From: an uncultured Spirochaetota bacterium
Lineage (GTDB): Bacteria > Spirochaetota > Spirochaetia > SZUA-6 > Fen-1364
Direction of reading: 5' to 3'
Length of the DNA stretch: 18,312 nucleotides
Assembly (NCBI GenBank): GCA_963745235.1
Contig: CAVUXE010000063.1
Span: 1 to 18,312, forward strand
The notes under the pieces are model-generated. The model was not told the origin of the DNA. It made no database searches and saw only the letters and a program-made list of their open reading frames with translations. Shown piece by piece: positions 9,593-17,613 of the stretch (position 1 is its first letter; each line of letters opens with the position of its first letter). The position numbers and the translations under genes were made by a program.

Positions 9593-10205
9593 GCCCTCCT
9601 TGCGGGACAAAAGAACAACGACTACCGGCCCGGCAGATGGTTAGTCTGCATCTTTATTAGATCATTCCACGACGTTTGACGATTGTCCATACCGCCTTCA
9701 TGTATCAACGTTGCAGTTCTCCACTACGCCTCGATGTACTTGTCACCAGATGCTTTGAGGGCCTTTTTCTCAGATTCCGATCCGTGGTACGTGCGCTCAA
9801 CGGCATTCACTGAGACCCATTTCGACAGGATCCCATAGTCAAGTGCTTACGTTCGGGAAGCTCGGGCATGTAGCGATTGGCAATTGCCTGGGTGGGTGCT
9901 ACCCGCGGTGGACTCCATGCTGACGCGGCCCGCACATATGTCTTATTAGGGGTCGTCCCGTAGAGCGGCGACTTGCACCAAGGAAACACGATCTGTGACG
10001 TAAACAAGAACTGGCGCAGCTAGATAAAGTCGGGCAGGTTCCTGTGTCTTTGCGCTCACCGCGAACGGATTCCTTGCAATCAGGGTCATCATTGAACCAC
10101 CAGCTACCTTGTCCAGGATAATGCCTGGTGCCCTGCCTACTTTTACCAACTCAAAGAGCCCGTGGTACCGAGAGGCCATCCAGCCAAGCGTCATCTGGAC
10201 TGAGC

Positions 10206-10616
10206 TCAAGTACTTCTTTCGTGTAGGATCATCCAGGACGTGCCGAACTTGTCCCTGAGCATCGCGAAGCGTGACGCAAAGAAGGTCTCCTCCATCGGCA
10301 TGAAAATCTGGCCGCCGTCAGAGAGAAGGGCGTAGATGCCTTCCGCCTCCTTTGCACTATCCACGAGCAGCGTCAGATAGGCGCTGCGCATCGGCTGAAA
10401 TCGGTCCGGCGGGATATCGGCTCCCATAAGTTCCGTTTCGCCGATGGTCATTCTGGCGTTGAGGACTGCATTCTCCCAGCCGGCTGGGACAAGGTGCGTG
10501 TTTGGCTGTTCCTTGTGCCTCGCTAGCGCGACGATCTTCCCGCCGAGATGCTGCTCGTAGAAACGAAACGCCTGCTCGCAGTTGCCACCATAGTTGAGGT
10601 AGGTAATCATTCTCAT
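10206..10616 (-). CDS. VOC family PhnB/YjdN-like protein
   Basis: TYLNYGGNCEQAFRFY, LMGAD, LSDGGQIFMPMEETFFASRFAMLRDKFGTSWM; AGGAGG RBS. Confidence 0.9.
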   Translation of the reverse strand: MRMITYLNYGGNCEQAFRFYEQHLGGKIVALARHKEQPNTHLVPAGWENAVLNARMTIGETELMGADIPPDRFQPMRSAYLTLLVDSAKEAEGIYALLSDGGQIFMPMEETFFASRFAMLRDKFGTSWMILHERST

Positions 10617-10742
10617 ACGCGAGGCCTCCTCCTGCCGCAGCAAGTGTACTATCATTTGATCATGACGCGGAAGAGTCGAATGCGATATTTAGCGTGTGCG
10701 ATGGCGTCAGCTCCGAGTGCCTGTACGAATACTACATGCTGA

Positions 10743-10922
10743 CGACTATCGATCGGATGGCCGAATTTCCTTTCCGTAGAGTCAAGACGCCCCGCCGTAT
10801 CGTTCCCCGCCGCGACCATCATTGCGTTCCTCAGTACCGTTTCAGCCGGACATCAAGGGTCGGTTTTCCATGCCGCTTTCCGCACGCGCTCCGAGGCGTC
10901 AACCTCAGCGACCCGCTTATGG
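10743..10922 (-). repeat. Diverged intergenic repeat, copy 2 (long attC-like element plus flank)
   Basis: Left arm CCATAAGCGGGTCGCTGAGGTTGACGCCTCGG resembles the array attC left arms; collinear with 9085-9280. Confidence 0.55.
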
Positions 10923-10949
10923 GTTCTGGTAGATTCTTGGCGCTGGTCG

Positions 10950-11312
10950 CTATTTCGCGGTGAATCTCATTTTTGCCGACTCGACGGAGTCTGCCACAAA
11001 CGCTTGATTGTTAAGGTGTCTCTCCAGGATTAGTGCCGCAATGCTCTCGCTTCTATTCCGATCAAGCTTTCCCGCGAACGCCACGACAACTGATTTGCTA
11101 GTGAACTCTTCCAGGATTCCTTCAGCAAGCCCATTGGGGAGTTGCCAAAACTCTGGACTCAAGTTCCTTTCGCGAAGTATCAATCTACTAATTCCACGCG
11201 CCAATAACTCTCTTGCTATGTCAGCCGCATCTCGGGCACTCCTGATCATAATACCCTCAGACTGCACTTCTGCCACTTGAGTTCCGTTAATATCATGAAT
11301 AAAAACGTTCAT
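10950..11312 (-). CDS. DUF4180 family protein
   Basis: IRSARDAAD, NLSPEFWQL.NGLA.GIL..F, SESIAALILE pattern. The start could be 11312, 11324 or 11330. Confidence 0.75.
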   Translation of the reverse strand: MNVFIHDINGTQVAEVQSEGIMIRSARDAADIARELLARGISRLILRERNLSPEFWQLPNGLAEGILEEFTSKSVVVAFAGKLDRNRSESIAALILERHLNNQAFVADSVESAKMRFTAK

Positions 11313-11417
11313 AAGCTCTGGCATCTCCAATCGAAATCAAAGTTCAGAAGACCGGAATCGCTGCAACGCAGTTGCATCATACGGTAGCTGCCTGACGCGA
11401 TGCAATACCTCAAGAGC

Positions 11418-11445
11418 GCCTAACATGAATTTGAGCGACCTCACC
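11418..11445 (-). repeat. attC right half with canonical GTTAGGC core
   Basis: Minus strand GGTCGCTCAAATTCAT-GTTAGGC. The following bases (GTTAGGCGCTCTTG) partly complement the DUF4180 cassette 3' end near 10915-10930. Confidence 0.55.
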
Positions 11446-11799
11446 AACCAAGGACTATGACGTGTTTAAGGACAGAATCCCGCGCGTCATATCGAAGGCT
11501 TTTCGCAGGATCGTAATTCGCGCTCGGCGACACCTCTTGGGGCTGCGAGATCCGGGCAAAACCGTCTCATCCAATGCGAGTTGACAAGAGCTCCACTTTA
11601 GTCTGCGGATGAGCTGCCTGCCCAAGCGAAGTCTAGAAACCCATCCCTTGTGACGATTTTCCCAGTGGAAATCGCGATCTGCTCAGGTCCTTTCGCCCGG
11701 ATCCCTTTGTCCATTGAAAGTGGCTCTTTGTTGAGCTGGTACTACCAAGCCACCGATGCGCTTTACGTGCACTTCTGACGTACGGCCTGGCTTCACGCT

Positions 11800-12177
11800 C
11801 TATCTGTATTGGAAGCCGATCTCCCTCAGCAGAGTATTATGAACTGGACAGGTTTCAGCAATTTGAAGAAGCTTATTCCGCTGGTCGTTTGTGAGCTCTC
11901 CCGTTAGTTCAATCGAATACTTGAATACTGCCTTGGGGGGCTCACTCCGATCCAGCGATACGGTTGTTCTAACGCTTTCCAGCTTGAGCCCGTGATTATC
12001 GGAATACATCCTCAAGTGTATGTTCATGCAGGCGGCAAATGCAGCTTCGAGAAGTTCATGAGGGCGGAACCCGGATTCATGCCCTCCTTTGTCGCGTGTG
12101 GTGTCTGCTCTTGAAACTACGGTTCCGTTTGAGATCACTGTGAGGTACGGTGAAGATTCACTGGAGGCGACTACCAT
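11800..12177 (-). CDS. OsmC/YhfA family protein
   Basis: D...DKGG..SGFRPHELLEAAFAAC..I.LRMY and CPVHNTL two-Cys pattern. Confidence 0.88.
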   Translation of the reverse strand: MVVASSESSPYLTVISNGTVVSRADTTRDKGGHESGFRPHELLEAAFAACMNIHLRMYSDNHGLKLESVRTTVSLDRSEPPKAVFKYSIELTGELTNDQRNKLLQIAETCPVHNTLLREIGFQYR

Positions 12178-12282
12178 GGCTTCCCTTTCTTTTGCCCTTT
12201 GAAATCCCCCCATTGATTCGGCAAAAATAGCTACTTTCCCCCGGCCGGGGTACGAGGCGTAAGCCTTGCTGCTCCGTCGAAG

Positions 12283-13344
12283 CTACCGCTCTTGATTGAA
12301 CTTTTCGTAGTTCTTGACAATCTTCCCAAAAGCCCTGTCCCTTTTCCTCCGTTCCAGGTACGTCATTTCATAATGCTTTGACTCCTTTAGGAGTTTGAGG
12401 TAGCTCTCATATCTTTCTTTGGACAAGTGTCCTGCTTCTACCATCGCCAGGACCCCACAACCCTTCTCCCCAGTGTGGGTGCAATCCGCATATCGACACT
12501 CCCCTGCGGCAACCGCGATGTCTTGGAAACTCTCCTCCAAGCCGGTTCCAAATGCCATCATACCAAGCTCTCTCATTCCGGGTGTGTCAACAAACACTGC
12601 GCGATTCTCGAGTACAACCAACTGGCGTCTGGTTGTTGTGTGCCGCCCCTTGCCAGTCTTCTCCCTTACCGATCCGGTGGCGAACTCCTCTTTGCCAAGG
12701 AGCCTGTTCAAAATGGTACTTTTTCCGACGCCCGAAGAGCCTATGAGGCAGTATGTTTTGCCCTTTTCAAGAGTCTGTACGAGCTCGTCAAAGCCAGCAC
12801 CGGTTGCCCCGCTGATTGCTATCGCTTCGAGACCGTGGTTTCGTTTCACTTCGGAAATCAGTCCCTCCGCCATGGTCTTGTCGACGAGATCGCACTTGGT
12901 CAGCAGAAGAATCGAGGCGATCCCGCCGTCATTTGCCATGACGACGTATCGGTCGAGTCTATTCATGCTGAAGTCGACGTCACAAGACTGCACTATGAAT
13001 GCGACATCGATGTTTGCGGCAATTGGCTGGTACTCTGACCTCTCGCCTGGCGCCCTGCGACGAAGGACCGTCTTTCTTGGCAATACATCGTGAATGACCG
13101 CATGCTCATTGTTGTCGAGGTAGTCCACCAGGACCCAGTCTCCGACGCAGGGCACATCGTCCAGGGTATGAGCACAATAGAGAAGCTTGCCCGTAACCTC
13201 GGCGGGCAGCGCGCCCATTCGGCTCCCGATCATGTATCGGTTTCGGTCAACCGCCGTGATCCGAGCAAGATGCGATTCGTCCCCCGTACAGCGGTTCAGC
13301 GCTTCTCTGTGCCAAGCACAGTAGCCGAAGTCCTCCAGATCCAC
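12283..13344 (-). CDS. rsgA: Ribosome small subunit-dependent GTPase A
   Basis: VGDWV OB fold. Circularly permuted G motifs TKCD, GSSGVGKST, GRHTTT, DTPG. Zinc site CRYADCTHTGEKGC. Confidence 0.95.
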   Translation of the reverse strand: MDLEDFGYCAWHREALNRCTGDESHLARITAVDRNRYMIGSRMGALPAEVTGKLLYCAHTLDDVPCVGDWVLVDYLDNNEHAVIHDVLPRKTVLRRRAPGERSEYQPIAANIDVAFIVQSCDVDFSMNRLDRYVVMANDGGIASILLLTKCDLVDKTMAEGLISEVKRNHGLEAIAISGATGAGFDELVQTLEKGKTYCLIGSSGVGKSTILNRLLGKEEFATGSVREKTGKGRHTTTRRQLVVLENRAVFVDTPGMRELGMMAFGTGLEESFQDIAVAAGECRYADCTHTGEKGCGVLAMVEAGHLSKERYESYLKLLKESKHYEMTYLERRKRDRAFGKIVKNYEKFNQER

Positions 13345-13439
13345 AATGCGCCCCCAAAACGCACCCTACCATATCTGAATCGGCAAGGATAATGACCCCA
13401 GGGTCGGCACTCTTAGCGACCCCCCTTGGCAGGATTTTG

Positions 13440-13468
13440 ATTTTCTCGAATCAGTCTCTGCGCGTCAA
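13440..13468 (-). promoter_or_regulatory. Candidate hybrid sigma70 promoter at the IS21 end, facing rsgA
   Basis: TTGACG-17 nt-GAAAAT. The -35 lies inside the putative IS end (...TTGACGCGCA) and the -10 in the flank. Confidence 0.3.
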
Positions 13469-13907
13469 CTCCTTTTCATAGGGGGTATCCGGATACAACC
13501 TGGCTCTTGAAGATTCGTTGGTGGGCCGCCAGTGAAGGGCTTTTCCTGGCCGGCTCACTGCTTGGTCTCCGTCGTGGGGGCAGAGGTGCGCTTGGAGCGT
13601 TTAACGAAATTATCGACGCGGTAGCTCTTGCCTTCGATGACTAACTTCACCCCGCGATGCACCAGTCGGTCCATGGCCGCCGAGCCCATGAGAGGATTGC
13701 TGAAGACCACGGGCCATTCGGCGATATCACGGTTGGAGGTAATGATCGTGGATGCCTTCTCGTAACGATCGCAGATGATCTCGTACACGTCGGCCTGCTG
13801 CTCCTCACTCAGTGCCGTCAGCCCGAAGTCATCCAGGACCAAAAGCTCCACCGGGCCGATCTGGTTCAGCCGACGTTCGCGGCTGCCGTCTCCTCGGCCC
13901 GCCTGCA
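13459..13907 (-). mobile_element. IS21-family remnant (3' part of istB plus putative right end)
   Basis: istB C-terminus followed ~95 bp later by a CA-terminated end. The terminus position is inferred. Confidence 0.7.
13555..13907 (-). pseudogene. istB: IstB ATP-binding helper protein, 5'-truncated
   Basis: LLVLDDFG Walker B, RYEKASTIITSNR, AAMDRLVH, IEGKSYR; Walker A absent. Confidence 0.9.
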
Positions 13908-13939
13908 CCCGGGCCCCGGCGAGGGAAGCCGAGGAAAGC

Positions 13940-14233
13940 GACGATGGATTCACCGCCGCACCTTGGAGCCCCGTAGAGTTAGGTCCGTCACCAGGAGACT
14001 CTTGCGTCCCCCGCCAAAACGGCACACGCGGCCACCCCAGCACTTTCTCCCGCTTTGAGCTCGTGCAGACTGCGCACAATTGTGAAGTGGGAGATCTTGG
14101 TGGCACGCGATACGAGGGCAATTCCGCCGCGGGCTATTTCCCGCGCCTCTGTTGCAGCCCATATTCTCCGAGCACGCTCATTCAGCTCGGGGGCAAGAGA
14201 CTCATACCTCGCCCTGAGACCCGTCTCATCCAC
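13940..14233 (-). pseudogene. ISAzo13-family transposase N-terminal fragment, frameshifted
   Basis: LNERARRIWAATEAREIARGGIALVSRAT then, in another frame, GRV.R.GGGRKSL..TD; DDE domain missing. Confidence 0.8.
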
Positions 14234-14375
14234 ATAGGTCAGGACCAAATGACCTGAAAGGAATGCAAATGCCAGCAGACAATCCGCGGCGAGCCTACAG
14301 ACACTATTGGGATCCGTTGCACAGCCGCCCGATGGCGTTCTCCAACAGCCGAGCTCATGGACAGCCCTACGGTCT

Positions 14376-14498
14376 TCATAATATAAAGTTATGCTGCCCC
14401 GCCGCACCATCCCGGCTGCAACGGCTTTTACGAATCCGATAATCCGATGCCGCATCTTAGCCGTGCATTAACGGGTCGGCTTCGACGACTTGTTATCT
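14376..14498 (-). repeat. attC site (123 bp), R' core GTT changed to ATT
   Basis: AGATAAC-AAGTC-GTCGAAGCCGACCCG ... CGGGGCAGCATAAC-TTTAT-ATTATGA. Confidence 0.8.
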
Positions 14499-14559
14499 AC
14501 CCTCAGGTTGAATGTGGATCCCAACACTATGACTGCGTCAGACTTTCTTCAATCAGTCC

Positions 14560-15330
14560 CTAGGGACGGATGGGTAAGCGAAATCTAAAACAAGCTCCGT
14601 TGCCATACTCCGTATCACACCAGATCTCGCCATGCATGTTATCGACTACCTTTTTTGCGACGGCCAAACCGTAGCCCGACGAAGATTCGCCCGCAGTAGG
14701 CGTCGCACTCAAACGAACCCCTGGCTGGAATAGCCGATCCAGATCCTCCTCAGTCAGTCCGGGACCGTTGTCGCAGATGCTGCACAAGCATGAGTGGTGC
14801 TCCCTACGCACTTGGATTTGAACCCTTCCACCGGGGCTTGTGTACTTGATCGCATTCGAAAGTAGATTATCAAGCACAACAGCCACGCCTATTCGATCGG
14901 CCCATACTTCAATTTCGCCCTCATTTTCATCTCTGAGCAATTCAATGCGTTTTTGCTTTGCAACTCTCGAGTAGTAGTCCATAGCATACAGAACCATTGA
15001 GCCGATGTTTACAAGTTTGAAATCGTACTCGAGGTTGGATAATGTCGTTGAATTAAACATCTCTCTTACCAGTAGCTTTGCTTTCTCTAGAGTCTGGAGT
15101 GCCATTTGAAGGCGCTCTTGGACAAGCTGATCCGACGAGCCGCCGATCTCAATTGACAGAAGCTCAAGTGTTCCGAGCATGACAGTAAGAAGATTGTTCA
15201 AACCATGGGCAACAACCCTTGTGCCGCTGGGATCGAACGCGTGCGTTTGTTCCAAACCCTCTAAGACGGAATCGAGTTCGGCCCTAGCTCTCGAGATTGA
15301 ACCTATCAGTTTTTCCTTTGACACTTCCAT
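14560..15330 (-). CDS. Soluble histidine kinase lacking an obvious sensor domain
   Basis: H box VAHGLNNLL, N box DNLLSNAIKY, G1 DNGPG, F box LFQP, G2 GYGLAVAK. No transmembrane segment. Start ATG 15330 (the ORF extends to 15387). Confidence 0.9.
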   Translation of the reverse strand: MEVSKEKLIGSISRARAELDSVLEGLEQTHAFDPSGTRVVAHGLNNLLTVMLGTLELLSIEIGGSSDQLVQERLQMALQTLEKAKLLVREMFNSTTLSNLEYDFKLVNIGSMVLYAMDYYSRVAKQKRIELLRDENEGEIEVWADRIGVAVVLDNLLSNAIKYTSPGGRVQIQVRREHHSCLCSICDNGPGLTEEDLDRLFQPGVRLSATPTAGESSSGYGLAVAKKVVDNMHGEIWCDTEYGNGACFRFRLPIRP

Positions 15331-15502
15331 GGTCTGCCGATCCCTTTCGGGCGGCTCCTTATCCGAGCCGCTTGAGGAAGTATACAACTCAACCTTACCT
15401 AAGTCGACTCGGCCGGCGTCTGAATGGATCCAGATGCATCAAGAAGTGGCAATAGGTAGCTGCGCTAACGCAAACGGACCGCTTCGCGGTCAGTTGGGGC
15501 GT

Positions 15503-15618
15503 GGATAGCATAGAGCTAACTTGCCCTGCCGAATCGCCAGCGCGAAGCAAACCCCGGTAGTCGGCCTTGCTCGAACCAGAGACGCACCTAAGGAGTCAGC
15601 TTCAGCGATTTGTTATGC
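15503..15618 (-). repeat. attC site (116 bp), R' core GTT changed to GCT
   Basis: GCATAAC (contains the nitroreductase TAA)-AAATC-GCT(G)AA ... TTAGC-TCTAT-GCTATCC, with the extrahelical G in L''. Confidence 0.85.
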
Positions 15619-16478
15619 GTCAATTGTCTTCTCAGCCCGCCAGCTGATCACGTACTCTGAAGTGGACGGCGGGTGCTCGATTCCGGGGTCTTGTTTGACC
15701 CAGGAACCGCATAGGCCCGATTCCAAAGCGGTGATCTCAAAATGAAACTTGGCGATTCTCATGTCCACCTTCTGCACATCGTAAGGGTATCGATCCGCAT
15801 ACATCGGATCGTGTAGGAGATAGAAGTGGTATGCTTTCTCACGCCGGACGGCGCGCCAAAGTTGCTTGTTGGAGGCGGATGGCGCCAAGCGAACCATTTT
15901 AAGTGCTGTGGAGTATTCGCCCGGGACGTCAGCCGACAGTGGAGTCTGCAAGTCATCAGCACAGAAGAGGTGTTCCCAAGACAGCCGGTGTATGCCTTGT
16001 GTCGGGTTGATCAGGAAGTCAACCGGGTTTCTGATGAGGCCTGGCTTGCCGACCTCAGTGACGATAGGGAGTATCTCGTCTGGAGCGACTTGGGCAGCGC
16101 TACGGAACTTGGTTTGACTGAACGTCCCAGCCATCCAACATGTATCAAGGCCCAGCAATGTGAGAAACAAAACAACGTCCTCCATCATATAGCCGACTTG
16201 GAGGAGGGAAGCTGCCTCTTTGTTGGTTGCCGCGCAGATGAACGAACGAGCCCCGGTGATTGTACCGTAGGCCCCATGCCGAGTGGCTCCCTTGTTGAGT
16301 GAGCTCCGCAACAGTTGCATTCGAACTGATTGTCGAACGGTCCTTTCACCTGCGAAAGGTATTCCATAATTCACGCCGCCGTTTCGTCAGAAAGCAGTTG
16401 CCCGGAGTAGCTTCTGACAGACTTCCGCTTCTGGATGAGCTCAGTCACGGGCGCAGCCGGTCCCCACGCTGCTGTCAT
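15613..16478 (-). pseudogene. Nitroreductase (TM1586-like), disrupted near the 5' end
   Basis: From ATG 16478: IQKRKSVRSY...ETAA*IMEYLSQVKGPFDNQ, then a frameshift into VRMQLL, GY.ME.VVL.LT.LGLDTCWMAGTF, VRLAPSASNKQLW. Confidence 0.85.
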
Positions 16479-16558
16479 AAGGGGCAACGGCCGGGCCACC
16501 GAGCGGTTATCGTCATCGACCCCAGGGGCAACTTATGTCCGGGTTCTCGTCAATTGGC

Positions 16559-16674
16559 GCATAACATAGAGTTGCGTTGCGCCGCCGAATCATCAACGCG
16601 AAGCGAACCACACCGGCGACAATACCTCGAACGAGCGGACCATCTGAGGCGACTGCTCCAACGATTTGTTATAC
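16559..16674 (-). repeat. attC site (116 bp), both cores intact
   Basis: GTATAAC-AAATC-GTTGGAGCAGTCGCC ... GGCGGCGCAACGCAAC-TCTAT-GTTATGC; same length as, and collinear with, 15503-15618. Confidence 0.9.
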
Positions 16675-16864
16675 GGACCCGACCTGCTATCGGAGCACGC
16701 CGTGATAGAGGGCTACCTCGGATCCGCGTTGCTTTTGTGAGCCCGCCGCCGACGTGATTTGCTATAGACCCAACTCTATCCTATTCCGAATTGGTCACCG
16801 CGCGACCTAAAGAACCCGGTTGCGACGCAGACGGCGCGCACGGCCTGTGTAGCTGCATTGCCCG

Positions 16865-17464
16865 TCACGGGCAGTTTGCCTGGATGGTGGCGTCTCCAAA
16901 CTTCAAGGTCACTGATGTCGACGCACTGTTCTGGTCCGTGATGGAGGGTGACCCGCCTACAACAGTCCAGACATTCGAGCCTGGCATGGAGTGACTGGCA
17001 CTGGCAACGGCGTTGATTAGCGTGGTAGAGCCCGTGAGAACCGCGGTGGAACCGGACGGCGTCGTCGTGCAGTTCACGCCTCTTACGGTGAGAACAAAAT
17101 GTCCAGAGGGATCAACACCGGTTGCCCGAATGGTGGCGTCTCCGAATGTCAAAATCACCGTAGTCGAGGAGCTGTCGGGACTCACGATCGACGCCATTCC
17201 GCTCACGACCATCCAGCCGCCCGTTGCTGGCCACGTCCAAGGTGCAAGCGCGGTGGCGCTGATTGCCGTCGCAGCGCCCGTTTCGACGGACACGCTGCCG
17301 GAAGGGCTTGTCCCGCAGTTCACACCTTCTATAGTCAACGTGTACTTGCTCGCATCCGGGCTGCCCGGTTCCTTGCAGGCTGCTAATAGACATACGAGCC
17401 CCGCCGTAGTCAAAGCAAGAACAACCGTGGCACGCAATCCCTTCCTCTGACAGCAGTTCTTCAT
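16865..17464 (-). CDS. Lipoprotein with two tandem ~78 aa beta-rich repeats (divergent InlB B-repeat-like)
   Basis: Lipobox LAAC. Repeats YTLTIEGVNC.TSPSGS...W.VV.G..SI....S.ST.V.L.FGDATI.A occur twice. AAGGAG RBS. Confidence 0.8.
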   Translation of the reverse strand: MKNCCQRKGLRATVVLALTTAGLVCLLAACKEPGSPDASKYTLTIEGVNCGTSPSGSVSVETGAATAISATALAPWTWPATGGWMVVSGMASIVSPDSSSTTVILTFGDATIRATGVDPSGHFVLTVRGVNCTTTPSGSTAVLTGSTTLINAVASASHSMPGSNVWTVVGGSPSITDQNSASTSVTLKFGDATIQANCP

Positions 17465-17602
17465 AGTACTTGCTCCTTTTCGATTCGTTTCCTTGCATCA
17501 GTCGACCGGGTCACCGATAATGACGCATCCTCCTCCCCGCGTTGCTCCATGATCGAAGCTGCGATTGAGGCTTACTTGCACGTATTGAATGTATCAAGGT
17601 CC

Positions 17603-17613
17603 GTATAACATAC
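17603..17613 (-). repeat. attC R' end (GTAT-GTTATAC) cut off by IS66
   Basis: Matches the TAT-GTTATRC end of the neighbouring attC and complements the R'' at 16668-16679. Confidence 0.75.

Larger units (their letters stand above)
239..17613 (-). mobile_element. Integron gene-cassette array without visible integrase (CALIN-like), partly decayed
   Basis: Co-oriented short unrelated genes. Recurrent RYYYAAC...GTTRRRY-like inverted repeats downstream of genes. Complementary cassette ends. No tyrosine recombinase ORF in the window. Confidence 0.8.

Noticed and set aside
9946-10209. 87-aa ORF overlapping the PhnB-like stop
   Set aside because: TTG start, no recognisable motif; cannot be supported as a gene, although it is not excluded.
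9181-11554. 13-bp exact match GCTGCGAGATCCG at ~9181 and ~11542
   Set aside because: Isolated, without collinear flanks; a match of this length can occur by chance in 18 kb.
12419-13093. Long plus-strand ORFs (224 and 203 aa) and similar antisense ORFs elsewhere
   Set aside because: They shadow well-supported minus-strand genes such as rsgA and have no motifs.
13400-13430. CIRCE operator (GGCACTC) upstream of rsgA
   Set aside because: No matching GAGTGCTAA right arm at 9-bp spacing.
14372-14398. dif-like site (CATAAT...TTATG)
   Set aside because: The spacer is 7 bp, the XerD arm does not match, and it is explained as the L'-R' end of an attC.
13555-14455. ORFs 13555-14121 and 13988-14455 as intact genes
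   Set aside because: They are chance read-throughs across IS fragments and an attC; only parts are homologous to IstB or the ISAzo13 transposase.
16372-16374. In-frame TGA as selenocysteine or recoding
   Set aside because: Not at a Cys-like position, accompanied by a nearby frameshift, and TGA acts as a normal stop in other genes here.
14376-16674. Repeats as a CRISPR array or REP elements
   Set aside because: Copies are >100 bp, diverged and separated by whole genes; no cas genes; the attC layout fits better.
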